A program made the translations under genes and the position numbers. The notes under the pieces were generated by a model. That model ran no database searches and was not told the DNA's origin. It was given only the letters and a program-made list of their open reading frames with translations. From Sedimentisphaerales bacterium (GTDB taxonomy: Bacteria > Planctomycetota > Phycisphaerae > Sedimentisphaerales > SM23-30), in the NCBI GenBank assembly GCA_963663965.2, contig CAXXFK010000031.1, forward strand, positions 1 to 64,000: a DNA stretch of 64,000 nt, in the 5' to 3' direction. Positions 39,906-50,787 of the stretch are shown here, piece after piece (within the stretch, counting starts at the first letter, position 1; each line of letters begins with the position of its first letter).

Positions 39906-41948
39906 ATGAAAAAGAAATATAACTTATTGATATTTATTGGCATTATGGCGGTCATGGCCATATCGATAGGCGGTTGCGAATCGAAAAATGAAGGTGGTAA
40001 GCAGGGCCCTGAAGCTTCTGTGAGGAGGGACGTCGAACCGCTGATTCTGGGGGTGATGGATCCGCTGGCATCGGATCTGGCGTGTGATTGTATCGCGGGA
40101 TATGCCCAACGGGATTACCGCTGGCTGGCGGGGAAATTGCAAGCGGCGTTGAAACGTGACGTGAAGCTGTATTTTTCGGAGAGCCTGGTGGATTTATATC
40201 GGATGACCGGGGATAAAGTGGATATCGTCATCGGGAAGGATTCGGTGATTCAGTATGATGCCGCAACGACAGCGACGGAACTGACACCGATTTTAAGTTT
40301 GCAAAATAAGGAGGGAGTTGGTACGTTCCGGGGATTGCTGGTTGTCAAAGGGGATAATCCGGCGAATTCACTGGCTGACCTGAATGGCAAGCGAATTGTA
40401 TTTGGGTTGGAAAAAAACATTGAAAAACATCGGGCGGCCATTGAAGCCTTAAATCGGGCCGGAGTGGCAGTAGCCAAGCCGGTGATGATGAGTCCCAGTT
40501 GTACCAACGCCGCCCTGGAAGTACTGGAGGACCGGGCGGACGCGGCGGCAATATCGGATTATGCCAAAGCCCTGATGCAGGGATGCCGTGTCGTGTCTGA
40601 GGGTGAATTGAAGGTGATCGGTCAGACAGAACCGGTGCCTTTTGTGGCAGTTTATGTGAATAGCGCATTGGATGAGACTGATCAAAAGGCGATTAAAACA
40701 GCTTTGAAAGGTCTGGAGAGAGGCGAGGAGCTTCTAGAAAAAATGGAAAGTGAGGGTGGGTTTGTCGATTACCCTTTTGAGTTGGCCGGCCTCGCGCAGG
40801 GTTGGAGACAATGGCGCGGGCCGGGCAGAGATGGACGAGTAGCGCGAATACCAAAACAACTAGAGGCAACCCCCAAGGTACGCTGGCGTATTGGAATGAC
40901 AGGGCCGGGAGTGGGCGGTCTGGCAGTGGTGGGGGATAAAGCAATTGTACCGGATAAAAGTGAGGCAGAGGATGAAGATGTGTTTCGGTGTCTGGCAATG
41001 ACCGATGGCAAGGAACTTTGGAGCGTGCGTTATGCGGCGAGTGGAGAAATGGATTATACCAATTCGCCCCGGGCAACGCCGCTGGTAGTACAGAACCGGG
41101 TATATCTGCTAGGCGCATTTGGGGATCTGGTGTGCGCAGGATTGCAGGATGGAGCGATTGACTGGCAAATCAATCTGGTCGATACATTTGGTGCAGAACT
41201 GGTGACGTGGGGGTACAGCTCGAGTTTAATGGTGGTTGGTGATCGATTGATTGTGAATCCAGGGGCACCGGATGCTTCAATTGTTGCATTGGATCGATGG
41301 AACGGGGAGTTGATATGGCGATGTGGCGGTGCGGCGGCCGCGTATGGCAGTTTTATGGCTAAGAAGCTGGGCGGCAATTTGCAAGTGGTTGGATATGATG
41401 CGGTTACGGCGGGCGGCTGGGATGTGGTGACGGGGAAACGGTTATGGACAATGAGACCGGATCAAGAAAATGATTTTAATGTGCCCACGCCGTTATTTCT
41501 GGATGATCTGATGGTGTTGGTGACTGAGAATAATGGGTGCCGGATTTATGCGTTTGATGAGAATGGGGTTTTGAAGGAGGATCCGGTTGCTGTCAATATG
41601 GATTACAAGCATGATACGGTAACGCCGGTCTGGACTGGGGGACGGATATTTGGGTGTAATGGTTATAATACTTTAATCTGTCTGGAAGACAGGCATTTAA
41701 AACCGATCTGGGAAAAAGAGGATGAGGTATTCGGGGATTATGCCAGCCTGATAGCCGATGATAAGCGGGTGCTGGTGGTGACGGTATCGGGTTACGCCAT
41801 ATTGATCGATGCCGGGGCGGATGAATACCGGGAAGAGGGACGAATGCAATTATATAATGAGCGTTCTGATTTGTATTCACACCCAGCGCTTGCGGGAGGA
41901 GCGCTGGTCATAAGAAATCACCAAGAAACAATTTGTATTGATTTATGA
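39906..41948 (+). CDS. Lipoprotein: PhnD/SsuA-like substrate-binding domain fused to a PQQ-like beta-propeller
   Basis: Lipobox ending IGGC; PBP2 pattern FRGLLVV...SLADLNGKRIVFG...ADAAAIS; WRQWRG followed by propeller repeats. Confidence 0.8.
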   Translation: MKKKYNLLIFIGIMAVMAISIGGCESKNEGGKQGPEASVRRDVEPLILGVMDPLASDLACDCIAGYAQRDYRWLAGKLQAALKRDVKLYFSESLVDLYRMTGDKVDIVIGKDSVIQYDAATTATELTPILSLQNKEGVGTFRGLLVVKGDNPANSLADLNGKRIVFGLEKNIEKHRAAIEALNRAGVAVAKPVMMSPSCTNAALEVLEDRADAAAISDYAKALMQGCRVVSEGELKVIGQTEPVPFVAVYVNSALDETDQKAIKTALKGLERGEELLEKMESEGGFVDYPFELAGLAQGWRQWRGPGRDGRVARIPKQLEATPKVRWRIGMTGPGVGGLAVVGDKAIVPDKSEAEDEDVFRCLAMTDGKELWSVRYAASGEMDYTNSPRATPLVVQNRVYLLGAFGDLVCAGLQDGAIDWQINLVDTFGAELVTWGYSSSLMVVGDRLIVNPGAPDASIVALDRWNGELIWRCGGAAAAYGSFMAKKLGGNLQVVGYDAVTAGGWDVVTGKRLWTMRPDQENDFNVPTPLFLDDLMVLVTENNGCRIYAFDENGVLKEDPVAVNMDYKHDTVTPVWTGGRIFGCNGYNTLICLEDRHLKPIWEKEDEVFGDYASLIADDKRVLVVTVSGYAILIDAGADEYREEGRMQLYNERSDLYSHPALAGGALVIRNHQETICIDL

Positions 41949-42083
41949 CCATGAACTATTAAATTCAAACTGGCAACTTAACGGACTCTGATCATGCGGA
42001 AATTGGGTTTAAGGGAGCCTCTAATGATTCATTAAGGTCTGCAAACGGTCTGATCTTCCTCGTTTTCGCCTTTAGAGTTACCC

Positions 42084-42613
42084 TTAAGGTTTGTGCATAT
42101 ATTGTTCGATCAGGAGTGACATCTGTTCAGGGGTGACGCAGGGTGGACATCCTCATTGATCATAACAACAGGCGCCAGTCCACAGGTGCCGAGGCAACGG
42201 GTCTGTTCCAGGGTAAACATGCCATCCCGTGTGGTTTCGCCAAAGGTGATGCCGAGTTCTTCTACGACCTTGTTAGCAACCTTGTCAGCACCTTTAACGT
42301 AACAGGCGGTTCCCATACAGATATTAATGGTGTATTTACCACGAGGTTTGAGGCGGAAGAAATGATAGAAAGTGGCGACCCCTGATACTTCGGCAGTGGG
42401 GATTTGCATCAATTGAGCCACGGCGTCGATCTGTTGGCGGCTGATATAGCCGGAGTGTTCCTGAACTTTGTGCAGGACGGAAATGAGCTGACTTTTAGGA
42501 TGAGGCAGTTTTGCGGTTTTTTCGATAAACGCAACCACTTCCGGCGGCAGCAGGGCCTTTTGGGTTTCAAGATGATCTTTCAAGCTGGTACAGCAACAGG
42601 ATTTCGTTTCCAT
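42084..42613 (-). CDS. hydC: [FeFe]-hydrogenase gamma subunit (HydC/NuoE-like); probable 1-bp deletion near 42143
   Basis: VATFYHFF, CMGTAC and CLGTC...APVVMIN. The shifted frame gives a plausible ending VTPEQMSLLIEQY. Confidence 0.9.
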
Positions 42614-44382
42614 TATTTAATCCCTCTGGGTAATTTGGGTTGGTAATGCGTATGGAGCAGTTCGTGAGCCTTGTGACTGCCGGGTTTTTCCAGGAATTTT
42701 TCGTAGATTTTGAGAATGGCGGGATTCTCATGAGATTTACGCAGTTTCTTGGAGGAGTCGATGGCATAAAGAGCGGATGCCCGCAGGATGGTCAGTTCCC
42801 GATCAAGGACATGCATATGCCGGGGCGGATAGGGCTGCCCGCCGCCGCCGATACAACCGCCAGGGCAGGCCATGATTTCGATCAGGTGATATTCTTTTTC
42901 GCCGGACATGACTTTATCGAGAATGGTTTTGGCGTTATTCAGGCCATTGGCGACCGCCAGATTGATGGTTTTGCCTTTGATATCAATGGAGGTTTCGCGG
43001 AGACCTTCAACCGCGCGGACATTTTTGAATTCAACATTTTCGCAAGGTTCACCGGTAATTTTTTCGTAGGCGGTTCGCAGGGCGGCTTCCATGACGCCGC
43101 CGGTGGTTCCAAAAATATCACCGGCGCCGGAGGCCATTCTCATGGGGGCATCGAAATCACCATCGGGCAGATTGATGAAATCAATGCCGTAGCATTTAAT
43201 CATCCAGATCAGTTCGCGGGTCGTCAGCACGGCATCGGTATGGGGGGTGCCATCGGGTTCCATATGTTCCGGGCGAGTCATTTCATATTTTTTGGCAACA
43301 CAGGGCATAATCGCCACCATATAGATTTTGGCCGGATCGATCCCATTCTGTTCAGCATACCAAGTTTTGGCCAGAGTGGAGAGCATGCTCATAGGCGATT
43401 TGCAGGATGAGGCATGGGGGATCAACTCCGGGTAGAATTTTTCCATGAAATTGACCCAGCCGGGCGAGCAGCTGGTAATCATCGGCAGAGGGCCTTTGCC
43501 GTTGAGCCGTTCGATGAATTCATTGGATTCTTCGACGATAGTCAGATCCGCGCTGAAATCGGAATCAAATACAGCATCAAACCCCAGGCGCCGCAGGGCG
43601 GTAACGGTCTTTTTGACCTCCGGCACTCCCGGAGGCAGGCCAAAGCCTTCGCCGATCGCGGCCCGAATCGAGGGCGCCACCTGGGCAACCACGTGGATAT
43701 TGGGATCTGCCAGGGCTTTCCAGACATCATCCGTATGGTTTTTCTCAAGGAAAGCAGCTGTAGGACATACATTAATGCATTGACCGCACTGGATACAGAC
43801 CGATTCATCCATATTGGCGCCATGGGCAGGACAGACCTCGGTGGTGAAGCCGCGACCCTGCTGCTGTAGGTTGCTGACACCCTGGACTTCGGCGCATACC
43901 CGGAAGCAACGCCCGCATAAGATGCACTTATTGGGATTGCGAACCACGCTTTTGCCGGTATCATCAATAGGGAACTCTTTACGTTTGCCTTCAAACAATC
44001 GTTCCCGCACACCGTAAGAGTAGGCCAGATTCTGCAATTCGCAGTTACCGTCCCGGTCACAGGTCTGACAATCTTTGGGATGGTTGTCGAGCAGGAGTTC
44101 GATAATGTCGCGGCGAGCCTGACGGATTTCGGGAGAATTGGTTCTGACTTCCATGCCGTCCCAGACTTTAACGGAGCAGGAGGCCATATAGAAATTGACA
44201 TTTTTCACATCGACAATACAAACCCGGCAGGATCCTTCCAGATGCAGGTCGGGGTGGTAGCATAAGCGGGGAATGCGAATGCCGATTTTTTCAGCCGCCT
44301 GCATAATAGTAGTGCCTTCAGGCACTGACAGGGGCATGTCGTTAATGGTTAATTTGATCATTTTTTTAGGATTGTGGGCCAT
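42613..44382 (-). CDS. hydA: [FeFe]-hydrogenase catalytic subunit, group A3 (HydA)
   Basis: H-cluster motifs TSCSPGW, MPCVAKKYE and EIMACPGGCIGGGGQP. N-terminal 2Fe-2S, His-ligated 4Fe-4S and 2x4Fe-4S domains. GAGG RBS before ATG 44382. Confidence 0.97.
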   Translation of the reverse strand: MAHNPKKMIKLTINDMPLSVPEGTTIMQAAEKIGIRIPRLCYHPDLHLEGSCRVCIVDVKNVNFYMASCSVKVWDGMEVRTNSPEIRQARRDIIELLLDNHPKDCQTCDRDGNCELQNLAYSYGVRERLFEGKRKEFPIDDTGKSVVRNPNKCILCGRCFRVCAEVQGVSNLQQQGRGFTTEVCPAHGANMDESVCIQCGQCINVCPTAAFLEKNHTDDVWKALADPNIHVVAQVAPSIRAAIGEGFGLPPGVPEVKKTVTALRRLGFDAVFDSDFSADLTIVEESNEFIERLNGKGPLPMITSCSPGWVNFMEKFYPELIPHASSCKSPMSMLSTLAKTWYAEQNGIDPAKIYMVAIMPCVAKKYEMTRPEHMEPDGTPHTDAVLTTRELIWMIKCYGIDFINLPDGDFDAPMRMASGAGDIFGTTGGVMEAALRTAYEKITGEPCENVEFKNVRAVEGLRETSIDIKGKTINLAVANGLNNAKTILDKVMSGEKEYHLIEIMACPGGCIGGGGQPYPPRHMHVLDRELTILRASALYAIDSSKKLRKSHENPAILKIYEKFLEKPGSHKAHELLHTHYQPKLPRGIK

Positions 44383-44393
44383 AGTAACCTCGG

Positions 44394-46310
44394 TTATTTT
44401 TTCAAGACAGCATGGAAGCGACAGACCTGATGGCAGCGTCCACATTTGATGCATTTTTCCTGGTCAATGATATGCGTTTCTTTGGGTCTGCCTGCGATAC
44501 AATTGACCGGGCAGTTCCGGGCGCAGAGGGTGCAACCCACGCAGGTTTCCGGATCAATCTGGTAACGGACCAGTGCGGTACATTTACACGCCGGGCAGTG
44601 TTTGTCATGGACGTGCGCCTCGTATTCCTGGCGGAAATATTTGATGGTGCTGAGGACGGGATTGGGAGCCGCCCGGCCCAGGCCGCACAACGACGTTTTC
44701 TGCACCAGTCGAGCCAGTCGTTCGAGCGTATCGATATCATCACTTTTGGCATTGCCGGAGGCGATCCGTTCAAGGATTTCCAGCATTCGGGTGGTCCCTT
44801 CGCGACAGGGCGTGCATTTGCCACAGGACTCAGACTGGGTAAACTGGAGGAAGAACTTGGCGATATCGACCATGCAATCCTCTTCATCCATAACAATCAT
44901 ACCGCCTGAGCCCATAATCGAGCCAACCGCCTGAAGGGAGTCAAAATCGACTTTGGTGTCGATAAACTCGGCAGGAATACAGCCGCCGGCCGGTCCGCCG
45001 GTCTGGATGGCTTTGAGTTTTTTGCCGCCGGGTATCCCACCGCCAACGTCAAAAACGATTTCGCGGAGAGTGGTTCCCATGGGGACCTCGATCAGGCCGG
45101 TATGGTTGATTTTTCCGGCGAGAGCAAAGACCTTGGTGCCACCGCTGTTATCGGTGCCGATTCCGGCAAACCATTCGGGACCATATTGACCGATGACCGG
45201 GATATTGGCCCAGGTTTCAACGTTGTTGATTACCGTGGGACAACCCCAGAGGCCCTTTTGGGTGGGGAAAGGCGGGCGGATACGGGGCTGGCCACGTTTG
45301 CCTTCAATCGAGTGGATGAGGGCTGTTTCTTCGCCACAGACAAACGCACCGGCGCCGAGACGGATTTCGAGATCGAAACTGAAATCGGAGCCCAAAATAT
45401 TATTACCGAGTAATTGGTGTTTTCGAGCCAGATCAATGGCGTTCTGGATGCGATTGATCGCCATGGGGTATTCTGCCCGGATGTATAAATATCCTTGTGA
45501 AGCTCCAATGGCAAAGGCGCCGATCGTCATGCCTTCGACAATGTTGAACGGATCGCCTTCCAGCATACTGCGATCCATAAATGCTCCAGGATCGCCTTCG
45601 TCCGCATTACAAATTACATATTTTTGTTCGGCTTCAACTTGTGCAGCGTTCTGCCACTTCAAGCCGGTGGGGTATCCACCACCGCCACGCCCCCGGAGTT
45701 TTGAGGCTATAATAGTATCGATAACGTCACGGGGATTATTCTTATCCAGAATTGACGCAAGGGCTTCGTAGCCGCCGGCACAGGTGTAGCCGAAAATACA
45801 TTCCGGATTAACGATCCCACTATTCCTGAGCGCGATACGTGTCTGGCGCCGGAAAAAGGCGACATCACCATATTTTTCGTAAAATCGTTGCCCAAATGGA
45901 AATGCCTGAGTTTCCTTCAGTGGAATGGTGGTAACATCCTCATCCGGAGGCTGCAACAGGTTTTCATTCAGGGGGTTTCGCTTCATGATGTGGCGAGTGA
46001 AGATTTTGTGCACCAGTTCGCGGTCAACCTTTTGATATTTGACGGGCGGTTCATCGGGAAACTGAATGCTGACAATGGGTTCACAACTGCAGCGTCCGGT
46101 GCATCCTACCTGTCGTAACAAGATATCCTGCCGGTCCGATGATTCGATATGTTTTTCCAGTTCATCAAAAACCGCACGAGCCCCAGCGGCATTTTCACAA
46201 GTAGCAGAACCTACCTGGATTTGAATCTGGTCGGGGGATTGTCGCGCGGTGCAATGCTGGCTGGCTTTTTGAAGGAACTCGCGATAACGGGTCATGATTG
46301 GTGAAGACAT
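44394..46310 (-). CDS. hydB: [FeFe]-hydrogenase beta subunit (HydB/NuoF-like, FMN/NADH)
   Basis: RGRGGGG, NADEGDPGAFMDR, GAFVCGEETAL, CGKCTPCREG, C-terminal 2x4Fe-4S and an N-terminal thioredoxin-like 2Fe-2S domain. Confidence 0.95.
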   Translation of the reverse strand: MSSPIMTRYREFLQKASQHCTARQSPDQIQIQVGSATCENAAGARAVFDELEKHIESSDRQDILLRQVGCTGRCSCEPIVSIQFPDEPPVKYQKVDRELVHKIFTRHIMKRNPLNENLLQPPDEDVTTIPLKETQAFPFGQRFYEKYGDVAFFRRQTRIALRNSGIVNPECIFGYTCAGGYEALASILDKNNPRDVIDTIIASKLRGRGGGGYPTGLKWQNAAQVEAEQKYVICNADEGDPGAFMDRSMLEGDPFNIVEGMTIGAFAIGASQGYLYIRAEYPMAINRIQNAIDLARKHQLLGNNILGSDFSFDLEIRLGAGAFVCGEETALIHSIEGKRGQPRIRPPFPTQKGLWGCPTVINNVETWANIPVIGQYGPEWFAGIGTDNSGGTKVFALAGKINHTGLIEVPMGTTLREIVFDVGGGIPGGKKLKAIQTGGPAGGCIPAEFIDTKVDFDSLQAVGSIMGSGGMIVMDEEDCMVDIAKFFLQFTQSESCGKCTPCREGTTRMLEILERIASGNAKSDDIDTLERLARLVQKTSLCGLGRAAPNPVLSTIKYFRQEYEAHVHDKHCPACKCTALVRYQIDPETCVGCTLCARNCPVNCIAGRPKETHIIDQEKCIKCGRCHQVCRFHAVLKK

Positions 46311-46742
46311 AGTAATATCCTACTTGCACAATACAATTTAGTCGTCCCATGGGGAATCTGGGAACCGTAATGGTAAAATCTCTCCGTTAAGAGGTATCCG
46401 CCAAACTTCGGCGAATCTTTAGTCGTAATGATTAAGATTTAAACAAATATCAGTGATTCATTTTGCCCCGAAATACAGGTGTTCTTAGCAGGGCAACAGA
46501 AACGAAGCAAGCATATAAACAATCGGCTCTGACTGATAAACTATAAGAATTTAGGCATACATAATGTAAAAATCAAATAGTAAATTGAATTTAACTTAAA
46601 TAATTAGCTGTACTTAACGTTTAACTGATATAATTAAATGTGTTTATTTTCACTATTATCGTATCCAACAGGCAAATTAAACCATAACATATTACAGTAT
46701 AATTCATTATGTAAATGTCAGGTTATAACAAGTTAGTAGTTC

Positions 46743-47423
46743 ATGCTTAAAATTAATAAATTAAATAAATCGTATGGCGATACCTCTTCCACCGATTATC
46801 AACAGGTTTTGTGTGGAGTCAATTTTGAGTTGATGACACGAGGAACTGTTGCGATCATGGGGCCATCCGGCTGTGGAAAGAGTACTTTACTAAATATTAT
46901 CGGCTGCCTGGACCGACCAGATAGCGGGTCGGTAATGCTAAACGATGTGGAACTGACCCGATTGAACGAACAAGAAATGGCCAGGATTCGTAATGAATCG
47001 ATCGGTTTCGTTTTTCAAATGCACCATCTGCTACCGCAATGCAGTGTATTGGAGAATATTTTGCTACCCGTGCTGGCCGGCAGGGTAAAACAGGTGTCTG
47101 GTGCAAGAGTTGACAGGGCATTACATCTGCTGGAACGTGTTGGTATGACGGACTATCAGAATAAGCGGCCAGGTGAGCTTTCGGGCGGACAGTGCCAGAG
47201 AACGGCTTTAGTCAGAGCCTTGATCAATCAGCCCAGATTACTGCTGGCGGATGAACCCACCGGTTCACTAGATCAGGCCAATGCTGAAACCTTAATGGAA
47301 TTATTATTGGAATTGAATCGTGAAGAAGGGACGAGTTTATTGGTGGTTACCCACGCAGAATCATTGGCCAGACACATGAATGATATCTTTCTACTCGAGA
47401 ATGGACAATTAAAATCGGCATGA
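46743..47423 (+). CDS. ABC transporter ATP-binding protein (LolD/MacB family)
   Basis: GPSGCGKST, LSGGQ and LLADEPTGSLD. Confidence 0.95.
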   Translation: MLKINKLNKSYGDTSSTDYQQVLCGVNFELMTRGTVAIMGPSGCGKSTLLNIIGCLDRPDSGSVMLNDVELTRLNEQEMARIRNESIGFVFQMHHLLPQCSVLENILLPVLAGRVKQVSGARVDRALHLLERVGMTDYQNKRPGELSGGQCQRTALVRALINQPRLLLADEPTGSLDQANAETLMELLLELNREEGTSLLVVTHAESLARHMNDIFLLENGQLKSA

Positions 47424-50400
47424 CCCTCTGGAAACTGATAAGGCAATCACTTTTCCATTACTGGCGTCCCAATCTGGGTGTCATGCTGGGAGTGGCTTTT
47501 TGTTCCGCAGTACTGGTCGGGGCATTGATGGTGGGTGATACTGTCCGAAGTACACTGAAACGGATGGTGCTGGAGCGCCTTGGTGATACCCAACTGGCTT
47601 TGGCAGGACAAGGCCGTTATGTTCGCAGTGAGTTAGCCCAGGATCTGGCGGAGTCCTTAAATGTAAAGGTTGCAGGAATCCTACAAACAGGCGGCATCGC
47701 TATTGAACCCACGCGTCAACTGCGCCTGAACCGCGTGAATGTTTATGGTGTTGACAAGGCGTTCTGGGCGATGGGATTAGAAAAGCAGGCAGTGGAGTTA
47801 GACAGTGACGAAGCTGCTATCAATGCTGTGTTTGCGCAACAACTGGGTGTCAATCCTGGTGATGACATTATTTTGAGAGTGGACAAATCTGGATTGCTAC
47901 CCCGGGAGATCCCATTCGCGGGAAAAGAAGACCAGACCGCAGCCATGCGATTACGGATAAAATGTATTCTGACAAACTCGCAGATGGGGCGATTTGGATT
48001 AAAAAATAATCAGGATGCTGTTTACAACCTGTTTGTTTCCCTTGATAGATTACAAGAAAAATCAGAGCTTCAGGGCAAAGCCAATATTATTCTAGCGGGA
48101 GAACCTGAAAAGCCGGTTGACCTGAACAGCGCCAATGAGAAATTAAGGAGATGCCTGCGCCCGGATGATCTGGAACTGAAGTTTAAAGTCCTTACAAAGG
48201 ATACGGTTCAGATACAGAGCGGGCGAGTATTTCTGGATCATATTGTTGTCGAAAACATCAAAAAGACTATACCCGAATCGTCAGGTATTCTGGCTTATTT
48301 TGTCAATTCCATTATCAGCGCCAATCATTCCACACCCTATTCGATGATTGCCGGAATTGATCATGACATGTGCCAGGATCTGGGTATCACCCTTGAACCT
48401 GATGATATAGTGGTAAGTCGCTGGCTGGCAGATGACTTGAAGGTTGAGACAGGAGATCCCATTCGCCTGAGTTACTGGGTATTGTCAGAGGATGGCAGTG
48501 GTCTGGTGGAGCAAAGTCACGAATTCAAGGTGGCCGGTATTATTACTCAGGCCGGCGACCGGGATATGATGCCGGATATGCCGGGTTTATCCGATGCCGG
48601 GAATTGCCGGGAATGGAAAGCTGGAATTCCAATCGATTTTGGCCGTATCCGTGCTGAAGATGAGGCTTATTGGGAAACCTATCGAGGCACCCCCAAGGCC
48701 CTTATCAGCCTGGAAACCGCTCAGAAGATATGGGGAAACCGATGGGGGCGGCTCACTGAAATACGTATTAAGGGGAATGATATCAACAAATTCTCGAAAA
48801 AGGTTCTTGGCGAAATCAATCCAGGAGAGCTTGGACTGCAATTCAGAGATGTCAGGGGGCCGGCGTTAGCCGGAGCATCCGGACAAACCGATTTTGGACA
48901 GCTGTTTCTGGGTATGAGTATGTTTTTAATCGGATCGGCCCTGATATTACCAGCAATGCTATTTGCCTTAACGGTTCGCGGACGGAACAAACAGATCGCC
49001 CTGCTCAGGATTATCGGCTTTGAAACCGGAACTGTCCGACAGATCATCCTGGTTGAAGCCCTGATTCTGGTTCTAGCCGGGACAGGTCTTGGACTATTAT
49101 TGGCGGGGGGGTATGCCGGAATCATTACTGCTACCCTGAATTCAAATTGGCTGGCAGTAACCGGTACGAGCGAATTGCGTCTATTTATTTCGCCACAATC
49201 AATGATCGGTGGTAGTCTGGCCAGCGTTTTAATGGGGATGGGCAGTGTATGGCTGGCATTAAGACGTGATTTTAAACGGCGCGATCTGGATATGTTACAC
49301 GGCAGAGTGGCTTATCAAGTTAAATCTTCCCGATGGAAGAAGTGGACTGGATTAATTCTAACTGGACTGGCAATTACCACGATGTTATATTCCGTTATTT
49401 CGGCAAAGGATGCTACGGAAATATTTTTCATGAGCGGCAGTCTGCTGCTGGCAGGCGGCATATTTGTGTTTTCGTGGCAGTTATCTAAAACGAATACCAC
49501 AAAACCGAACTCAATATTCAGTATGGGGCAGTTAATCTCGCGCGGCTTGCAGCGGACACCCGGACGGATTCAGGCTGTCGCTGTAATTGTTGCCTGCGGA
49601 GTTTTTATGGTGGTTGCCGTTGGATCCAGCCAAAAAAATCCATTGAAAAACTCAGAAGCGCGCAGTTCAGGAACAGGGGGTTATGCCTTACTGGCTCAGA
49701 CTACGATTCCGATATCCGTGGATCTTGACAGTCAAGAGGCCATTACCCGTTTCGCACTTGATCCAGAATTAATGCGGGATGTATCGATTCTATCCGTGCG
49801 GGTACATGAAGGTGATAATGCCGGATGCCTGAATCTGAATAAGCCGGTGAATCCGGCAATCCTGGGTATTTCGGTGGTTGAATTGGTCAAAAATAAACCA
49901 TTTACCATTGTAAAAACTGAGAAAGGGCTGAAAGCCGACTGGCAAATTCTGGAAGGGGAAGGAGCGGTTACCCCGGTAATAACTGATCAGAGCGCGATTC
50001 TCTGGTCACTGGGAAAAAAACTGGGCGACCGGATACCGTATCCTGATCAGCGTGGGGGGCAGTGTGAGCTTGAATTGGCGGGTGGATTGAATAATTCGAT
50101 TTTGCAAGGATATCTTATTATTTCGGAAGAACGTTTCAAGGAACTGTTCCCGGAAGACAGCGGATATCGGTTCTTTTTAATCGACTGTCAGCCAGATAAG
50201 ATACAGGCTTTAGAAACCATGCTGCAACGTTCACTGGCGGATGTTGGTATTGACATAGAAAGAAGTGCCGATCGATTAGGACGTCTTTATGCTTTAGAAA
50301 ACACCTATATGACAATATTTATGCAATTGGGTGGATTGGGCATGATCCTGGGAACTGTCGGAATGGCTGTGGTTGTTTTCCGTAATGTGATGGAGCGCCG

Positions 50401-50683
50401 CAGCGAACTGGCATTATTGAAGGCGGTTGGATTCACTTCGAAGAAGATTACGGCCATGCTGATTCACGAGCACAGGCTGGCATTTGGTTATGGAGTGGGA
50501 CTGGGAGCCGTATCGGCTTTGATCGCCGTATTACCGGGGATGATCGAATGGGGAAGTGGATTTCCGTGGCGGTCGATTATAACAATTCTTGTTATTATTT
50601 TAGTTTGTGGTATAATCTGGATCATGGTGGCGACCCATCTGGCATTACGCGGCCGATTGGTGGGTGCATTACGAGATGAATGA
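47420..50683 (+). CDS. FtsX/MacB-type ABC permease, duplicated domain, 1087 aa
   Basis: Two TM clusters with large periplasmic loops; IALLRIIG and ERRSELALLKAVG motifs; ATGA overlap with the ATPase. Confidence 0.9.
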   Translation: MTLWKLIRQSLFHYWRPNLGVMLGVAFCSAVLVGALMVGDTVRSTLKRMVLERLGDTQLALAGQGRYVRSELAQDLAESLNVKVAGILQTGGIAIEPTRQLRLNRVNVYGVDKAFWAMGLEKQAVELDSDEAAINAVFAQQLGVNPGDDIILRVDKSGLLPREIPFAGKEDQTAAMRLRIKCILTNSQMGRFGLKNNQDAVYNLFVSLDRLQEKSELQGKANIILAGEPEKPVDLNSANEKLRRCLRPDDLELKFKVLTKDTVQIQSGRVFLDHIVVENIKKTIPESSGILAYFVNSIISANHSTPYSMIAGIDHDMCQDLGITLEPDDIVVSRWLADDLKVETGDPIRLSYWVLSEDGSGLVEQSHEFKVAGIITQAGDRDMMPDMPGLSDAGNCREWKAGIPIDFGRIRAEDEAYWETYRGTPKALISLETAQKIWGNRWGRLTEIRIKGNDINKFSKKVLGEINPGELGLQFRDVRGPALAGASGQTDFGQLFLGMSMFLIGSALILPAMLFALTVRGRNKQIALLRIIGFETGTVRQIILVEALILVLAGTGLGLLLAGGYAGIITATLNSNWLAVTGTSELRLFISPQSMIGGSLASVLMGMGSVWLALRRDFKRRDLDMLHGRVAYQVKSSRWKKWTGLILTGLAITTMLYSVISAKDATEIFFMSGSLLLAGGIFVFSWQLSKTNTTKPNSIFSMGQLISRGLQRTPGRIQAVAVIVACGVFMVVAVGSSQKNPLKNSEARSSGTGGYALLAQTTIPISVDLDSQEAITRFALDPELMRDVSILSVRVHEGDNAGCLNLNKPVNPAILGISVVELVKNKPFTIVKTEKGLKADWQILEGEGAVTPVITDQSAILWSLGKKLGDRIPYPDQRGGQCELELAGGLNNSILQGYLIISEERFKELFPEDSGYRFFLIDCQPDKIQALETMLQRSLADVGIDIERSADRLGRLYALENTYMTIFMQLGGLGMILGTVGMAVVVFRNVMERRSELALLKAVGFTSKKITAMLIHEHRLAFGYGVGLGAVSALIAVLPGMIEWGSGFPWRSIITILVIILVCGIIWIMVATHLALRGRLVGALRDE

Positions 50684-50787
50684 GGAGAAACCATTGACGA
50701 AATGCAATGGTTTTTTATATAGTAATCTGTATTCATATCCGCTTGAGGCGGATGATTTTTTATGATATCTATGACTTCTGATCTCCT

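Noticed and set aside
46311..46742. Rex or Fnr operator between the divergent redox operons
   Set aside because: The region is AT-rich, but I could not identify a convincing TTGTGAA-N4-TTCACAA or TTGAT-N4-ATCAA match.
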